This document shows, piece by piece, positions 40,951 through 52,885 of a DNA stretch of 64,000 bases (position 1 is the first letter of the stretch; the number at the start of each line of letters is the position of its first letter). This DNA is from Callorhinchus milii (Eukaryota). Below the pieces are notes generated by a model that did no database searches, had not been told where the DNA came from, and was given only the letters and a program-made list of their open reading frames with translations. Both the position numbers and the translations under genes were made by a program. Where the stretch lies: assembly GCF_018977255.1 (NCBI RefSeq), contig NW_024704742.1:106890001-106954000 (forward strand). Direction: 5' to 3'.

Positions 40951-43900
40951 ACACGCAGAACAGAACAGAACCAAACCCCCGGTAGAAAGGAAAAAAAGTC
41001 AAACACCTTCAGGTGAGAAGGGAAATGGGAAAATTGGTGGGATGCAGGGGGAGGAGAAACATGCTGTAGGGGGGGGGAAGAGGGAAAGAGAGAAAGCTAA
41101 GCAGAGCCACTCCAGGGTTACGACTGGAAAATGGGGAGCAAAAGCGAGTCAACTCTGTAATGAGCTTGTGATCTAATAGCTGAGCCACGCAGGTCACACA
41201 GTACATCAATGGGACTTGGGAGTGTATGGATTGACCTCCACACAGGTCCCAATAAGGTAATGAAGTTAAACTACTCGAGGACCATTCTGTTGTTGTTGAA
41301 GCAGAAATTTATTTGGGAGGAACTTTGGCAACGGGACTGAAGGGAACTCCTTTCTCTTTTTGAATGTTGTCACGGAAAATGAACAGGACCCTCAGTTAAA
41401 GGTCTAATATGAAAAACACATCCGTCAACACAGGGCTGTCATACCACTGCAGTGCGATCATCTTAGGAACACAAGACCTGACTTGAGGTTGGAATGTGAT
41501 AAGGTACGAGAAAAATGAAAAAAAATTGCATTCATCTTATTTTTCTTAACACATGCAGAAAAGGGCGTAAATGAAAAAGACCAGAGGAGAATACGACTTT
41601 AAATGCCCTACACTGTTCCTGAATTTTTTGCAAAATTAGAAAACATTTAAACAAGGAGGAATAAGTAAAATCAGTATTTTTACTTTTTTAATACCAACTT
41701 TTTACTCCACTTTTCACCACAGATATACAGACAAAATAAATGAGTTTAATCAGTGATTCAATAATTCTAGTCCAAAAAACCACACTGTTTATCACCAATA
41801 TCTGAATTCTGAGAATGGAAGCTTAATAGCACCTATCAATGTTTAAACTGCTCTATAATAATAATGCAGTTAATATAGTTCCTTATCACGTCATTGAGAT
41901 GTTTATGACAGGAAAGCAGGTATTATATATAAATACACTTGCGAGTGGACTATATTTCAGATGAGTTATGGCTAAAGGAACAACTTGGACGACATGTTGT
42001 TAGATTATACTCAAGTTGAAGATTGTCTATCAGAAATCAACAGAATATTATTATTATTAAGAGGCAAAGCAGAACTTCACCAGCTCAGTAATTGTATACT
42101 CAGTTAGCATACTCAGTATACCAGCCCTGCTCACACTTAACTATCTCTAAACATGAGCTCTTGCTTGGCTGCTCCCTGGATAAAACAATCCACTCACTCT
42201 TACACTGTGATCAACAGGCAACACTTTCAGTATTTAAGGAAGCAAAAAATAGTATGTTGGAAATTAGAAATGTATTTCCCAAAGAGCACAATAGAGGGAA
42301 AGATCAATTTAAGATGTTTTTCATTCAGTACTACATCACATATCTAAAAAACACAATTCAGCTTTGAAACAAGATAGAATTTCTCAAAAGAATCAAAATG
42401 TGAGTATCCGAGCATGGAAGATTTGCACCGTGGGTTACTGTGTTGCATCAACATCTAACAGTAGTGCCAGACACAGTTCTCCAATCCCTGAGACCCACGT
42501 CGATCTTACATTTTCAACCTCTATAAAGCAATAGCACGCTCTGTCACCTGGCAACTGCAACCATAAAGAAGAATTCACAGGCTGCTCAAAACTGAAATGC
42601 TCAAATAAGCAGGAACACTGTGGAGCAAATCAAAGATATGCTGATGCACACACTCGCTCCATGCTTCTGACCCAATATTGTACAATACACCCTTTCGATA
42701 TGAATGCTTGGCAACCATATCTGACATCAAGGAATTTTAGATACCCACAAAGCCGATTCTAGCCATCCCAAGAAATATCCAGCTGATACAGGATATGATC
42801 AGGATGCTGGTAAGACTTCAGAGTGTAGTTGCTCAAATAGTTGGCAAATAAATGTAGCCTTCCAGCATTTACTGAGTTGCAACTCTTGTAATTACTACTG
42901 TGCTAGGAAGCAAATCATGGTTAGTTCTCAATCAGCCGGCAAATATCATACTTCTATTACACTATTGTTTTCGAATTGCAAATAAAGCAGGTGGAAAGCT
43001 GTTAATTAATGTCTTAGCCTTAATTCAAAAATCACCTATTACTATCCTGATAATGTTTGATGCTTTTTCCCTCAACCTCTCACTAAACTGTGTGCACTCT
43101 CACTCCAGCACTTAAAGTCCAATGTAATGCATTACAATTACTTAATTTGACCACCATGGGCAAGTTGTATGAAATTCCACATACATTATATAGTTATAAA
43201 TTCCACTTTAGAATCAATAAAAATGTAATTGCTTTTCCTGCTGCCTTCGTGTCCTAAATTGTTTTTAAGACTTTACGAGCAATTATGAAAGCTTGATAAG
43301 ATAAACCGAAGGTACTTAGCATCACACTGATATCATATTTTCTTGGCTTTTGTAATAAAACACTGGATCACACTCTGTAGTTTTGGTGCTCCAGAGGAAA
43401 CATTACTAAGTGTTTTACAAAACTGAAAAGCGATAGATATCAGCAGATATATAAACAGTTCACTCGTTTCACTGCATCCACAAGTGATAAACTTGACACA
43501 ACAGAAAGAAAATACCTAAAACTTACTCAAAGAATCAGCAAGATTCCCAGAATTCTCAAATAACTCCACATTTGTCAAATCAGTGCAATTTCTATAGTCA
43601 TAAATACTGAAATTTTTGCATCTTTTCAGTCTCTAGCTGTAATGCTCCAAAACTTTCAGTCCAAGACTGGACAAAATACATAAATTACAGGAAACTATAT
43701 AAAAATGATCATTGTAATCATGTTAATATTATTAGGTGGAATAGCTTTCCTACTTGTGCCAATCCGTTCAATGATAAAACTGATCATCTCACCAAAAAAA
43801 ACGTATAAAATATGTAAGCTACAAAATGGTGATACCAATAGGCTTAAGCAACAAAAACAACAACAATTTGCAATTACATAGTGCCCTTTGCGTTGGATAG

Positions 43901-44539
43901 GGCCTCAGAGGGCTTAACAGTGGCAGAGTTTGAAGGAACCTAAAGATAGGAAAATTCAGGTAATAAAAGGCCTTTCACACAAATCAAAGGACAAACATTC
44001 GAAGCTCCATCTGGCAGTGACCCTAATTGATTCAGTGTCTGACCCACCTGCGAGTCAATACAACAATCCAGTGATAACAGTGACAAGTAAATGTAGTTCA
44101 CACATTTAACTAATGCAGTAACTTAGTGATATTGTTAACAAGTAGTTGCAGCTCAGGCTGGCACATGGATCAGCTACAACACAGTGACAATAACAAGCAG
44201 TTGTATCTCAGTCTCACACATCCATCAAACACCAAGCAGCACAGTAATTTGGTGATATCAATGGCAGGTAGTGTCTTGGACACACATTAGCCAAAGCCAC
44301 AGAGAAGAGGGCGCTGTTGGGGACAGTACAGGGATAGTGTCACTGACAATGTCATGTACAGTATCAGTGTCTGTATCAGTGTGAGGGACAGTGTCAATGT
44401 TAGTGTTATTGTCAGTTTAAGTATAAGTGTTAATAATAATATAATAATCCTTACATTTGATATAGCGCCTTTCACGTCTTCTAGATGTATCAGGGTTATT
44501 GTCAATATCAGTGCTAGGGACATTGTTATAAATAAAATA

Positions 44540-44930
44540 TAAAAATAAATAACACTGATACTGACATTGACACTGTAAATAACACTGATATTGACAATGT
44601 CAGTTAATGTCAGTATCAGTGTTATTTAGTGTTAACGTCAGCATCAGTGTTATTTAGTGTTAATGTCAGTCTTAGTTTTATTTAAAGTGTTGGTGGTAGT
44701 ATCAGTGTTATTTACAGTGTTATTGTTAGTATCGGTGTTATTTAAAGTGTTATTGTCAATATCAGTGTTATTTACAGTGTCAATGTCAGTATCAGTGTTA
44801 TTTACAGTGTTAATGTCAGTATCAATGCTATTTAATGTTGTTGTTGATACAATACTGACACTAACACTGATGCTAACACTGACACAAAATAACATTGATA
44901 CTGACATTAACACTGTAAATAACACATTTT
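44540..44930. repeat. 30-bp tandem repeat (atcagtgttatttacagtgtcaatgtcagt) in inverted blocks
   Basis: Reverse-orientation units at 44549-44598 and 44850-44925 flank forward units at 44612-44835. Confidence 0.85.
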
Positions 44931-44944
44931 GTTGTTGTTGTTGT

Positions 44945-46112
44945 ACCTGTGCTGGGCACAGTGTCAGTTAGTATCAGTGTTACTTGGTGTCAGTGCTGTA
45001 TCAGTGCTAGGCACGGTGTTATTGTTAGTATTAGTGTTAGTATCAGTGCTGTAACAGCGTTGGGGACAGTGTCAGTTAGTATCAGTGTTAGTGCTAGTGT
45101 CAGCACTGTATCAGTGCTGGGCACAGTGTTAGTATTAGTGTAGTTTTAGTGTTAATACTGTATTAGTGCTGGGCACAATATTAGTGTTAGCATTAGAATT
45201 AGTGCTGTATCAGTGTTGGGCAATGTTAGTATTACTTAGTATTAGTGCTGTATCAGTGCTGGACGCAGTGTTAGTGTTAGTATTAGTGCAGTATTAGTAT
45301 TCGTACTGTATCGGTGCTGGGCACAGTATTAGTTTGTTGTTAGTACTGTGCCAGTGCTGCACAGTATTAGTACAGTATTAGTGCACTATTAGTGTCAGTA
45401 CTGTATCAGTGCTGGGCACAGTATTAGTGTAGTATTAGTATCAGTGCTGTATCAGTGCTGGGCAGTCTAACTGTGAGTATTAGTGTTAGTATTAGTGTAG
45501 TATTTGTGTTAGTGCTGTATCAATGTTGGGCACAGTATTAGTGTTAGTGCTGTATCAGTGTTGGGCACAGTATTAGTGTATTAGTGTAGTATTAGTGTTA
45601 GTGCTATATCAGTGTTGGGCACAGTATTAGTTCAGTATTAGTGCAGTATTAGTATCAGTGCTGTATCAGTGTTGGGCACAGTATTAGTTCAGTATTAGTG
45701 CAGTATTAGTATCAGTGCTGTATCAGTGTTGGGCGCAGTATTAGTGCAGTATTAGTGCAGTATTAGTGTCAGTGCTGTATCAGTGTTGGGCGCAGTATTA
45801 GTGCAGTATTAGTGTCAGTGCTGTATCAGTGTTGGGCACAGTATTAGTGCAGTATTAGTGTCAGTGCTGTATCAGTGTTGGGCACAGTATTAGTGCAGTA
45901 TTAGTGTCAGTGCTGTATCAGTGTTGGGCACAGTATTAGTGTAGTATTAGTGTCAGTGCTGTATCAGTGTTGGGCACAGTATTAGTGTAGTATTAGTATC
46001 AGTGTTGTATCAGTGTTGGGCACAGTATTAGTGCAGTATTAGTGAGTGTTGTATCAGTGTTGGGCGCAGTATTACTGCAGTATTACTGCAGTATTAGTGT
46101 AGTATTAGTGTT
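44945..46112. repeat. Minisatellite with a 46/57-bp unit: gtattagtgcagtattagtgtcagtgctgtatcagtgttgggcaca
   Basis: Homogeneous at 45530-46110 and progressively degenerate leftwards. Units differ by an 11-bp gtattagtgca module. Confidence 0.92.
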
Positions 46113-46337
46113 ACAGAGCTGCTTCAGGCTCTTCACGCAACTTGTTTCCTGGTGAAGTTTAGGGGAAGCCGCGCATGCGCACTGCCTGAGGAGCGGCTGA
46201 GGATGAAGTTATAAACAGTTTTTGATTCCCGACCCCGACATTCCCGCCCACACCCCCCCACACCCCCCTGACTGTCTGTCTGACTGTCTGTCTGACTGAC
46301 CTCTCTCAGCCGCCAACAGTCGCCCCCACACACTCAC

Positions 46338-46409
46338 CTCCTCCCCCTCGGGCCGCCTCGCGCTGCTCTGACGATCATCCCAACCGCGGGGCCGCGCACA
46401 CAGCGCCGT
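46338..46409 (-). other. Probable first exon of an unidentified minus-strand gene (5' boundary approximate)
   Basis: GC-rich segment directly downstream (minus sense) of the CCAAT/GC array. It ends in a consensus donor GAG|GTGAGT (plus-strand actcac at 46332-46337). Confidence 0.55.
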
Positions 46410-46940
46410 GATTGGCAGGTCGTGCCCGGGGGCGGGGCCAGAGCTCTTGATTGGCAGGTCGTGCCCGGGGGCGGGGCCAGAGCTCTTGATTGGCAGGTCG
46501 TGCCCGGGGGCGGGGCCAGAGCTCTTGATTGGCAGGTCGTGCCCGGGGGCGGGGCCAGAGCTCTTGATTGGCAGGTCGTGCCCGGGGGCGGGGCCAGAGC
46601 TCTTGATTGGCAGGTCGTGCCCAGGGGCGGGGCCAGAGCTCTTGATTGGCAGGTCATGCCCAGGGGCGGGGCCAGAGCTCTTGATTGGCAGGTCATGCCC
46701 AGGGGCGGGGCCAGAGCTCTTGATTGGTAGGTCATGCCCAGGGGCGGGGCCAGAGCTCTTGATTGGCAGGTCATGCCCAGGGGCGGGGCCAGAGCTCTTG
46801 ATTGGCAGGTCGTGCCCGGGGGCGGGGCCAGAGCTCTTGATTGGCAGGTCGTGCCCGGGGGCGGGGCCAGAGCTCTTGATTGGCAGGTCGTGCCCGGGGG
46901 CGGGGCCAGAGCTCTTGATTGGCAGGCCGTGCCCGGGGGC
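46410..46940. repeat. 39-bp VNTR, 13 full units plus a partial one: gattggcaggtcgtgcccgggggcggggccagagctctt
   Basis: Units start every 39 bp from 46410 to 46917. Central units carry the variants gcccagg and tcatgc. Confidence 0.97.
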
Positions 46941-47454
46941 GTGAGACAGGGAGGGGAGGAGCGTGGAGTGAGGGATGGTGTCGGGGCTGGGCCGGGTCCT
47001 CGTGTACTTGTTACTTGTGTGTGTGAACTGCAGAGGGCCCAGTGTGCACATCAATATACGATGTACAGGCTATGTACACGGGGTCCAGCAACTGCTCAGA
47101 TGTGGTCCGGTGTATACACTACTGATGTATTGTGTACTGTGCACCGTGACTGGTTTGCAGAGAGGGAAGCAGCTGCGGCTTGAATTCCATGCCCACAACT
47201 GGTGTAACCACCTCTCAAAGGGAGGGGACGTATGCTCGAGCTGTGGACCATTAAGATGGTTTCCGAGGCACCGTCGGGTGTGAAAGCGCTATATAAATGC
47301 AAGTTGTTGTTGTTGGTTCATTTCATGCTGAGATGTGTTGGCCACCGGGAAGTTTGCAGGGAGTTCCTGGCACCTATCATCCACCTTGTCAGGGCTCAAA
47401 CCCACTCTTGACGGATGTTGGAACGACCAACTAGTAACTATGCTTCTTGGGGTT

Positions 47455-48000
47455 GCTAGTAAGCAGGGTCTCCTTGGAGCCGAATTGGCTCTTAGGTGAC
47501 ATGCCAGGCAACAGAATGTCAGAATCAACCCAGCCCTTTGTGGTGGCCTCGGTAGTCCAGGTCTGAGCCAGTCGGGTATGCAGTATTTCAGGGAATTGCT
47601 GATGACAGCCTGGCTCATAGGCAGAACTTGGAAGGGCAGACCAGTCACTGGGAGCAGGGAATCCTCCCACTCAGCTCCTGCAAGTCATATCTCTAACCGG
47701 TAGGTTGGTGCTGGCTGGACAAGCAGCAAGAAAGCTTGCCAGACAGCGATATCAATGGCAAGCGATGCGGTTTTAGCTGGTTAGACTCCAGCAGTACCCC
47801 AACACACACTCTGGGGTCACCAAGCCTTGACTCTTGCCAACCTGCACCTCATACTTTCCGGAATTAGGTAAGCAGGATGTGTGCCTCCAGGGAGAGAGTG
47901 CGCATTCCATTCCAATGATCTATCTATCTCTGGAATTTCCATGAGTAAGGAATGCATGGAATTCTCGGTTTGGTTTGGATACTCCTATGCATGGTGATGC
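47455..48000 (+). mobile_element. Copy of the Hero-like dispersed repeat
   Basis: Reverse-complement homolog of 28380-28910. Contains cgatatcaatggcaagcgatgcggtttta (RYQW../DAVL). Confidence 0.6.
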
Positions 48001-48634
48001 TTAATATTGTAATCGGCATCATAAACACACTGCTTGTATTTATTGTAGAGAGTGGCAGTGTGCATGCAGTAACTAATAAGTTGCAATTATATAGCACCTT
48101 TCACGTACTTCACGTGTCAGGGCTCTTTACAGAGAATTGGCTTCAGGAATGATTAGGGCAGCAGAGTTTTGGACAAACTAGAGCTTGTGAATAGTGAACA
48201 GAGAAAGCCAATGCGGAAGTCATTTGAAAATTGAGAAGTGACGTACTCTACAATATGGACTGTGAATATATTGTATACAGTTTGATAAACTGCGTGGAGG
48301 AAACGTCCTCCCAATGTGCAAGGTGCTATTTAAATGTAAATTGTTGCTATTTAATAGTACAAATTGGTACACTTAACTATTTAAAACAATTCACTTTTAA
48401 AGATTTTGAATGGATTTGCTGATATTTTGAATCACAGGATTAAACGTTTCAGCAAATACTGAAAGTAAAGATGACTTCCAAGCGTGCAGATTAACCTTCA
48501 CTCGGTAAACTTGAAAGTGATTCTGCTGTCACGGTAAAGTGAATTTATTATGTGTTTATGCAAAAGAATTCAATGATGACATAAATAACTCACTGTGTCT
48601 GAGCACAATTGTCCATTATAATGAAACACTTTAT

Positions 48635-48920
48635 CATAACATAACATGTAGGAGCAGGCCATTCGGCCCTTCGAGCCTGCCCCGCCATTCAATCATGGCT
48701 GATCTTCTAATCTAACTCCAACTAATAACCTAACCCTGCCTTATCCCCATATCCCTTAATCCCTTTTGCAATAAGAAATCTATCTATCTCAGTCTTGAAT
48801 ATGTTCAAGGACTGAGCGTCAACAGCCCTTTGGGGTAGTGAGTTCCCTACATTCACCACCCTTTGGGTGAAGAAGTTCTTCCTCAACTCAGTGCGAAAGG
48901 GCTGGCCTTTGATCTTAGTT
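48635..48920 (-). mobile_element. CR1 LINE 3' end
   Basis: Minus strand reads FRTELRKNFFTQRVVNVGNSLPQRAVDAQSLNIFKTEIDRFL, followed by a 3' UTR with ggccgaatggcct. Confidence 0.9.
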
Positions 48921-48980
48921 TTAATATGTGAAAAACATACAATAAAACAACACTGTTTCTTTTCTAATATCTGATGTAGG

Positions 48981-49300
48981 ATAATAATAATAATAATCCT
49001 TGCATTTGATATAGTGCTTTTCACGTCGGGAGGACGTCCTAAAGCGCTTCACAGAACACACTGTAAAGTGAATTGATTGTATATTTGTGGGCGAACGCGG
49101 CAGCCAATTGCTCACAGCAATGTCCCACAAACAGTCGTAGGTTGAAAATGACCAATTTTTATTACTGTTTTTGGTTTTTGGAGGGATTATTATTAGGCGT
49201 GTGGAGTAAGGAAACTTGCCCAAGGTTTCGCCCTGCCTGGAATGAACTCAGGTCTCTCGCTTGCAAAGCGAGTGCTCTAACCACTGAACTCCAGGACTCC
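48981..49300 (-). mobile_element. Full-length young tRNA(Ala)-derived SINE
   Basis: Head ggagtcctggagttcagtggttagagcactcgctttgcaagcgag and (att)n tail. Confidence 0.92.
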
Positions 49301-50479
49301 ACTATGGCAGCCACAAGATGAATGTGCCCTGGCAGGCAAAGGGATGAACCAAAGTTTTCTGATGGAGCTGTTCCGCAAACTGATTTTATCCAGAATAAAG
49401 CAAGTGAAGGTAAAATGAAAAACTTCCTCTTCCTTTTTAGGGCCTGGAAAGTTGTAGTCACGTTCTCATAATAATATTTATTTCTACTACACTTCTGTTT
49501 CTTCCCGTGTCTGGCAGTGCCATGAGACCTGCACAGATGTGATGCAAGATGCGGATGGCTGCCTGAGGATTGGATCTAAAGACTGTTCTTTTACAATCTC
49601 TGGGACAAAGCCAGCTCCCAATTACTGTCACTCACCAGTAGTTCACAGAGATGTAAGCCCGCAGGTCTCTTTTCATTTGAAAGTGAAACACTGGTTAGAA
49701 ATTTATGTTTTTTCAATTATAGAATATTTGGACAAATAGTAATTTCTGGTCAGTCTATCAATTAATTGAATGAGCTGGGCTTTGAAAAGAACATTTGTGG
49801 AATATTTAATTTTGCAATTTTGAAGTTGTCTGAAACGAATGCGCTGTGCCCCTCGGCTTTCAGTGAATAATGGGTTGTGCGTCTTTTTTTTGCACCACTC
49901 CAGATGTGTATTCAGCTCAAGGGCTTTCCAGAAAATAGCAAATACTCACATTGGTCCATGTTTAACATTCAAAAGCTACATTGTATTGGGTATGAAAGTA
50001 ATGTTTAAATAGGTGGTGAGCCAAAGATTAAGACAGATCTGTTCACTTTATTTTAGGTCAGCCAGGCATCTGAGTCATGGGAAAACCCATTTCCATACGT
50101 AAGAGTATTTAAACCAAACTGAGTGTTCCATGCATCCCACCTACACATGGAAATGCCAGAGATGTTTATTGGAATTGAATATGCACTCTCTCTCACTCTT
50201 TCTTTGCAGGTAGAGTATTGCAGTTTAGCAATAGCCAAGGCTAAGTGTGAAATGGTGTGTTGCTGGAGTCGAGCCAATGTTATGTGATGTGATGTCATTA
50301 TACTGCAATGGTACAACAAACTGAGAAAAAGAGAATTGTAGACATATTGCAAAATATATGAGAAAGGATTAATACAAACTATGGACTATTCAAACCCATG
50401 TTATTCATTAGGCTCATCTCAGGAGAATTCCAAAAAGCTAACTACCATTTCAAGTGTCTGCTTGGCTTGGTTAGGAGCA

Positions 50480-50790
50480 CATGGCTGACACTCCAATATG
50501 TGTGGAGAGCTTGTTGGAGATGCAGACCTTTAGATGAGATATTAAACCAAGGTCCAACGTTAAACTCCCATGGCACAATTTACAATTTGAAAAGAGAGGG
50601 AGTTTCTCCTGGTCCTGGCCAACAATCTTCCAGATAAAATTTGTTTATTTTGTGTCTGTTTGTGGGACATCGCTGTGTATAAAATTGATGGCCATGTTGG
50701 CCTACAAAATATACGGTCACTATACTTAACAGTAAAATCTTATGAAGTGCTTTGAGGCTTCTTCCCAACGTGAAAGGCACTATAACAAAT
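50480..50790 (+). mobile_element. Deu-domain SINE
   Basis: cccatggcac...gtcctggccaacaat...gtttgtgggacatcgctgtg...gtgaaaggcactata. Confidence 0.75.
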
Positions 50791-51098
50791 AATAATAATA
50801 ATAATCCTTGCATTTGATATAGCGCTTTTCACTTCTTCTCGACATCTCAAAACACTTCACAGAATAGACTGTAAAGTGAATTGACCGTATATTTGTGGGT
50901 GAAACGCGGCAGCCAATAGTGCACAGCAGTGTCCCACAAACAGTCGTGGATTGAAAATGACCAATTTATTATTGTTTTGTTTCGGAGGGATTATTATTAG
51001 GTGTGTGGAGTAAGGAAACTTGCCTAAGGTTTTGCCATGCCTGGAATTGAACCCAGGTGTCTCGCAAGGCGAATATTCTAACCACTGAGCTACAGGAC
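50791..51098 (-). mobile_element. tRNA-SINE inserted into the tail of a Deu-SINE, with a 14-bp TSD
   Basis: gcactataacaaat at 50777-50790 and 51110-51123. Confidence 0.88.
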
Positions 51099-51440
51099 AA
51101 ATAATCCTTGCACTATAACAAATCCAAGGATTATTATTATTATTTTCACATTAAGTTTAATTACTTACATTAATGTATTTCTTTGGATTAAAAATAATTT
51201 AAATTGACACCTTTCATTGTAAATAGATCAGGCAGGACAGTCCCCTACATATTTTTGCAAGATGAGATTTCAAAATATGTTTCTTTCGTTTTTGAAGGGT
51301 TATTGATACAACAACAATTCACATTTATATAGAGCCTTTCACGTAGGGAGGATGACTCAAAGAAATTCATGCAACTGACTGGGTGCCCAAGGGTCATTTG
51401 CAACCGACCATCTGTGGTCCTTCCATATACAGACTAAACA

Positions 51441-51748
51441 GGAGTCCCGTAGCTCAGTGGTTAGAGCACTCGCCTTGCAAGCGAGAGACTTGGGTTCGAT
51501 TTCCAGCAGGGCCAAACCTTGGGCAAGTTTCCTTACACCACGTGCCTGATAATAATCCCTCAAGAAAAAAAACAATAATCATTTGGTCACTCAATCCACG
51601 ACTGTTTGTGGGACACAGCTGTGCACAATTGTCTTCTGCGTTTCACCCACAAAATATACAGTAAATTCCCTTTACAGTATATTTTATGAAGGGGTTTGAG
51701 ACGTCTAGAAAACGTGAAAAGTACTATATCAAATGCAAGGATTATTAT
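51441..51748 (+). mobile_element. Full-length tRNA(Ala-TGC)-derived SINE
   Basis: A box tagctcagtgg, anticodon arm ctcgc-cttgcaa-gcgag, B box ggttcgatt, and an L2-like tail aaatgcaaggattattat. Confidence 0.9.
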
Positions 51749-52350
51749 AAATAAATCAAAAGGTAATCTTGCACGTGCTGTAGACATGGGCTCAGCAGAG
51801 CAACTACAAAGCTTCCTATATACACCAGCAATTTCAGAGGCTTGCTAATGTGCAAAGCCACTTCCACATTGAGGAAAGCCTTTGGCAAGCTAATTTAAAG
51901 ATGCTGTAAAATGGTTATCTCACAACATACCTTTCTGTGAGCCCATGTAGGGGCTTCTCCAGGTGCAAAACATATATACGATAGTAGACAGCTTATATAC
52001 TATCAAACCTTACAACACAAACCTTACAACACAAACCTTTTTTTCATCAACCGGGTGTCTGACGCACATTGTACCCATCGTCATGCTAAACAGTATACAA
52101 ACGAGACTGAGATTTCCACATCTGTATGCCACCTGGACATGGAAATTTCCCTTTGTCTGGAATGGAGACTACAATCTCCTCTACTGAATTCCAGAAAATA
52201 TTAGGCATAGATTGACAAGAGCTGAAACATGGGCACTTCAGAGTTTGCATTAGAGTACTGTTTGTTAATAATTTGACAAGCGGTGGTAAGACTATGGAGT
52301 TTATTGCATAAGATGAAACATAAGGTTTAACAATCTGTAGTCAAATTATG

Positions 52351-52452
52351 CTACATATAACAACACAATAACAATACAACACATTATACTACATATAACA
52401 ACACAATGACAATACAACACATTATACTACATAACAACACAATAACAATACA
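52351..52452. repeat. 38-bp tandem repeat, about 2.6 copies
   Basis: ctacatataacaacacaataacaatacaacacattata is repeated. Confidence 0.85.
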
Positions 52453-52776
52453 TCACATCTATGTTAGCGAAACATTTATCACACGGCATGCACACAGGGG
52501 TTGCTTAGCATTCCAGACAAACAATACACCTCAAAATACACAGCAGAGATCAGCCCCTGGAAATCCCTCATGGACAACTGATTCGGTAATACAAAACTTC
52601 GGAAGACAGACAATCCCCAATACTGTCTTTTAACTGGCACCGGTACGGAGTTCAGCCTCTGGAATAGCTGATCCTCACAGTACCTTGCAGCTCTTAGTAC
52701 TGATGAAATTGGGATGACAACACGTATCCAGACACTGTTTCATACTCCAGACTAAACAGTAGACCTGGGATCATCG

Positions 52777-52885
52777 GAACATAGGAATTGGAGCAAGAGT
52801 AGGCCATTCGGCCCTCGAGCCTACCCTGCAATTCAATAAGATCATGGCTGATCTTCTAACCTAACTCCATCTGCCCGCCTTATCC
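52777..52885 (-). mobile_element. CR1 3' UTR fragment
   Basis: gtaggccattcggccctcgagcc...gatcatggctgatct...ccccatatccctt, as at 48650-48760. Confidence 0.85.

Larger units (their letters stand above)
46150..47010. promoter_or_regulatory. CpG-island promoter with an NRF1-type palindrome GCGCATGCGC (46171-46180) and arrays of CCAAT and GC boxes
   Basis: The most GC- and CpG-dense non-TE segment in the window. The motifs are read directly from the sequence. Confidence 0.75.

Noticed and set aside
44300..44316. CTCF-like motif agagggcgctg
   Set aside because: It lacks the 5' CC of the core consensus. Too weak without ChIP data.
46209..47183. Long ORFs with PAPGHDLPIKSSG / GRSCPGAGPELLI repeats
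   Set aside because: These are by-products of a 39-bp (multiple of 3) GC-rich VNTR that is open in several frames on both strands. There is no evidence of coding function.
51441..51512. tRNA-Ala(TGC) gene
   Set aside because: It continues directly into a SINE body and tail found in many copies, and the acceptor stem is poor. It is a SINE head.
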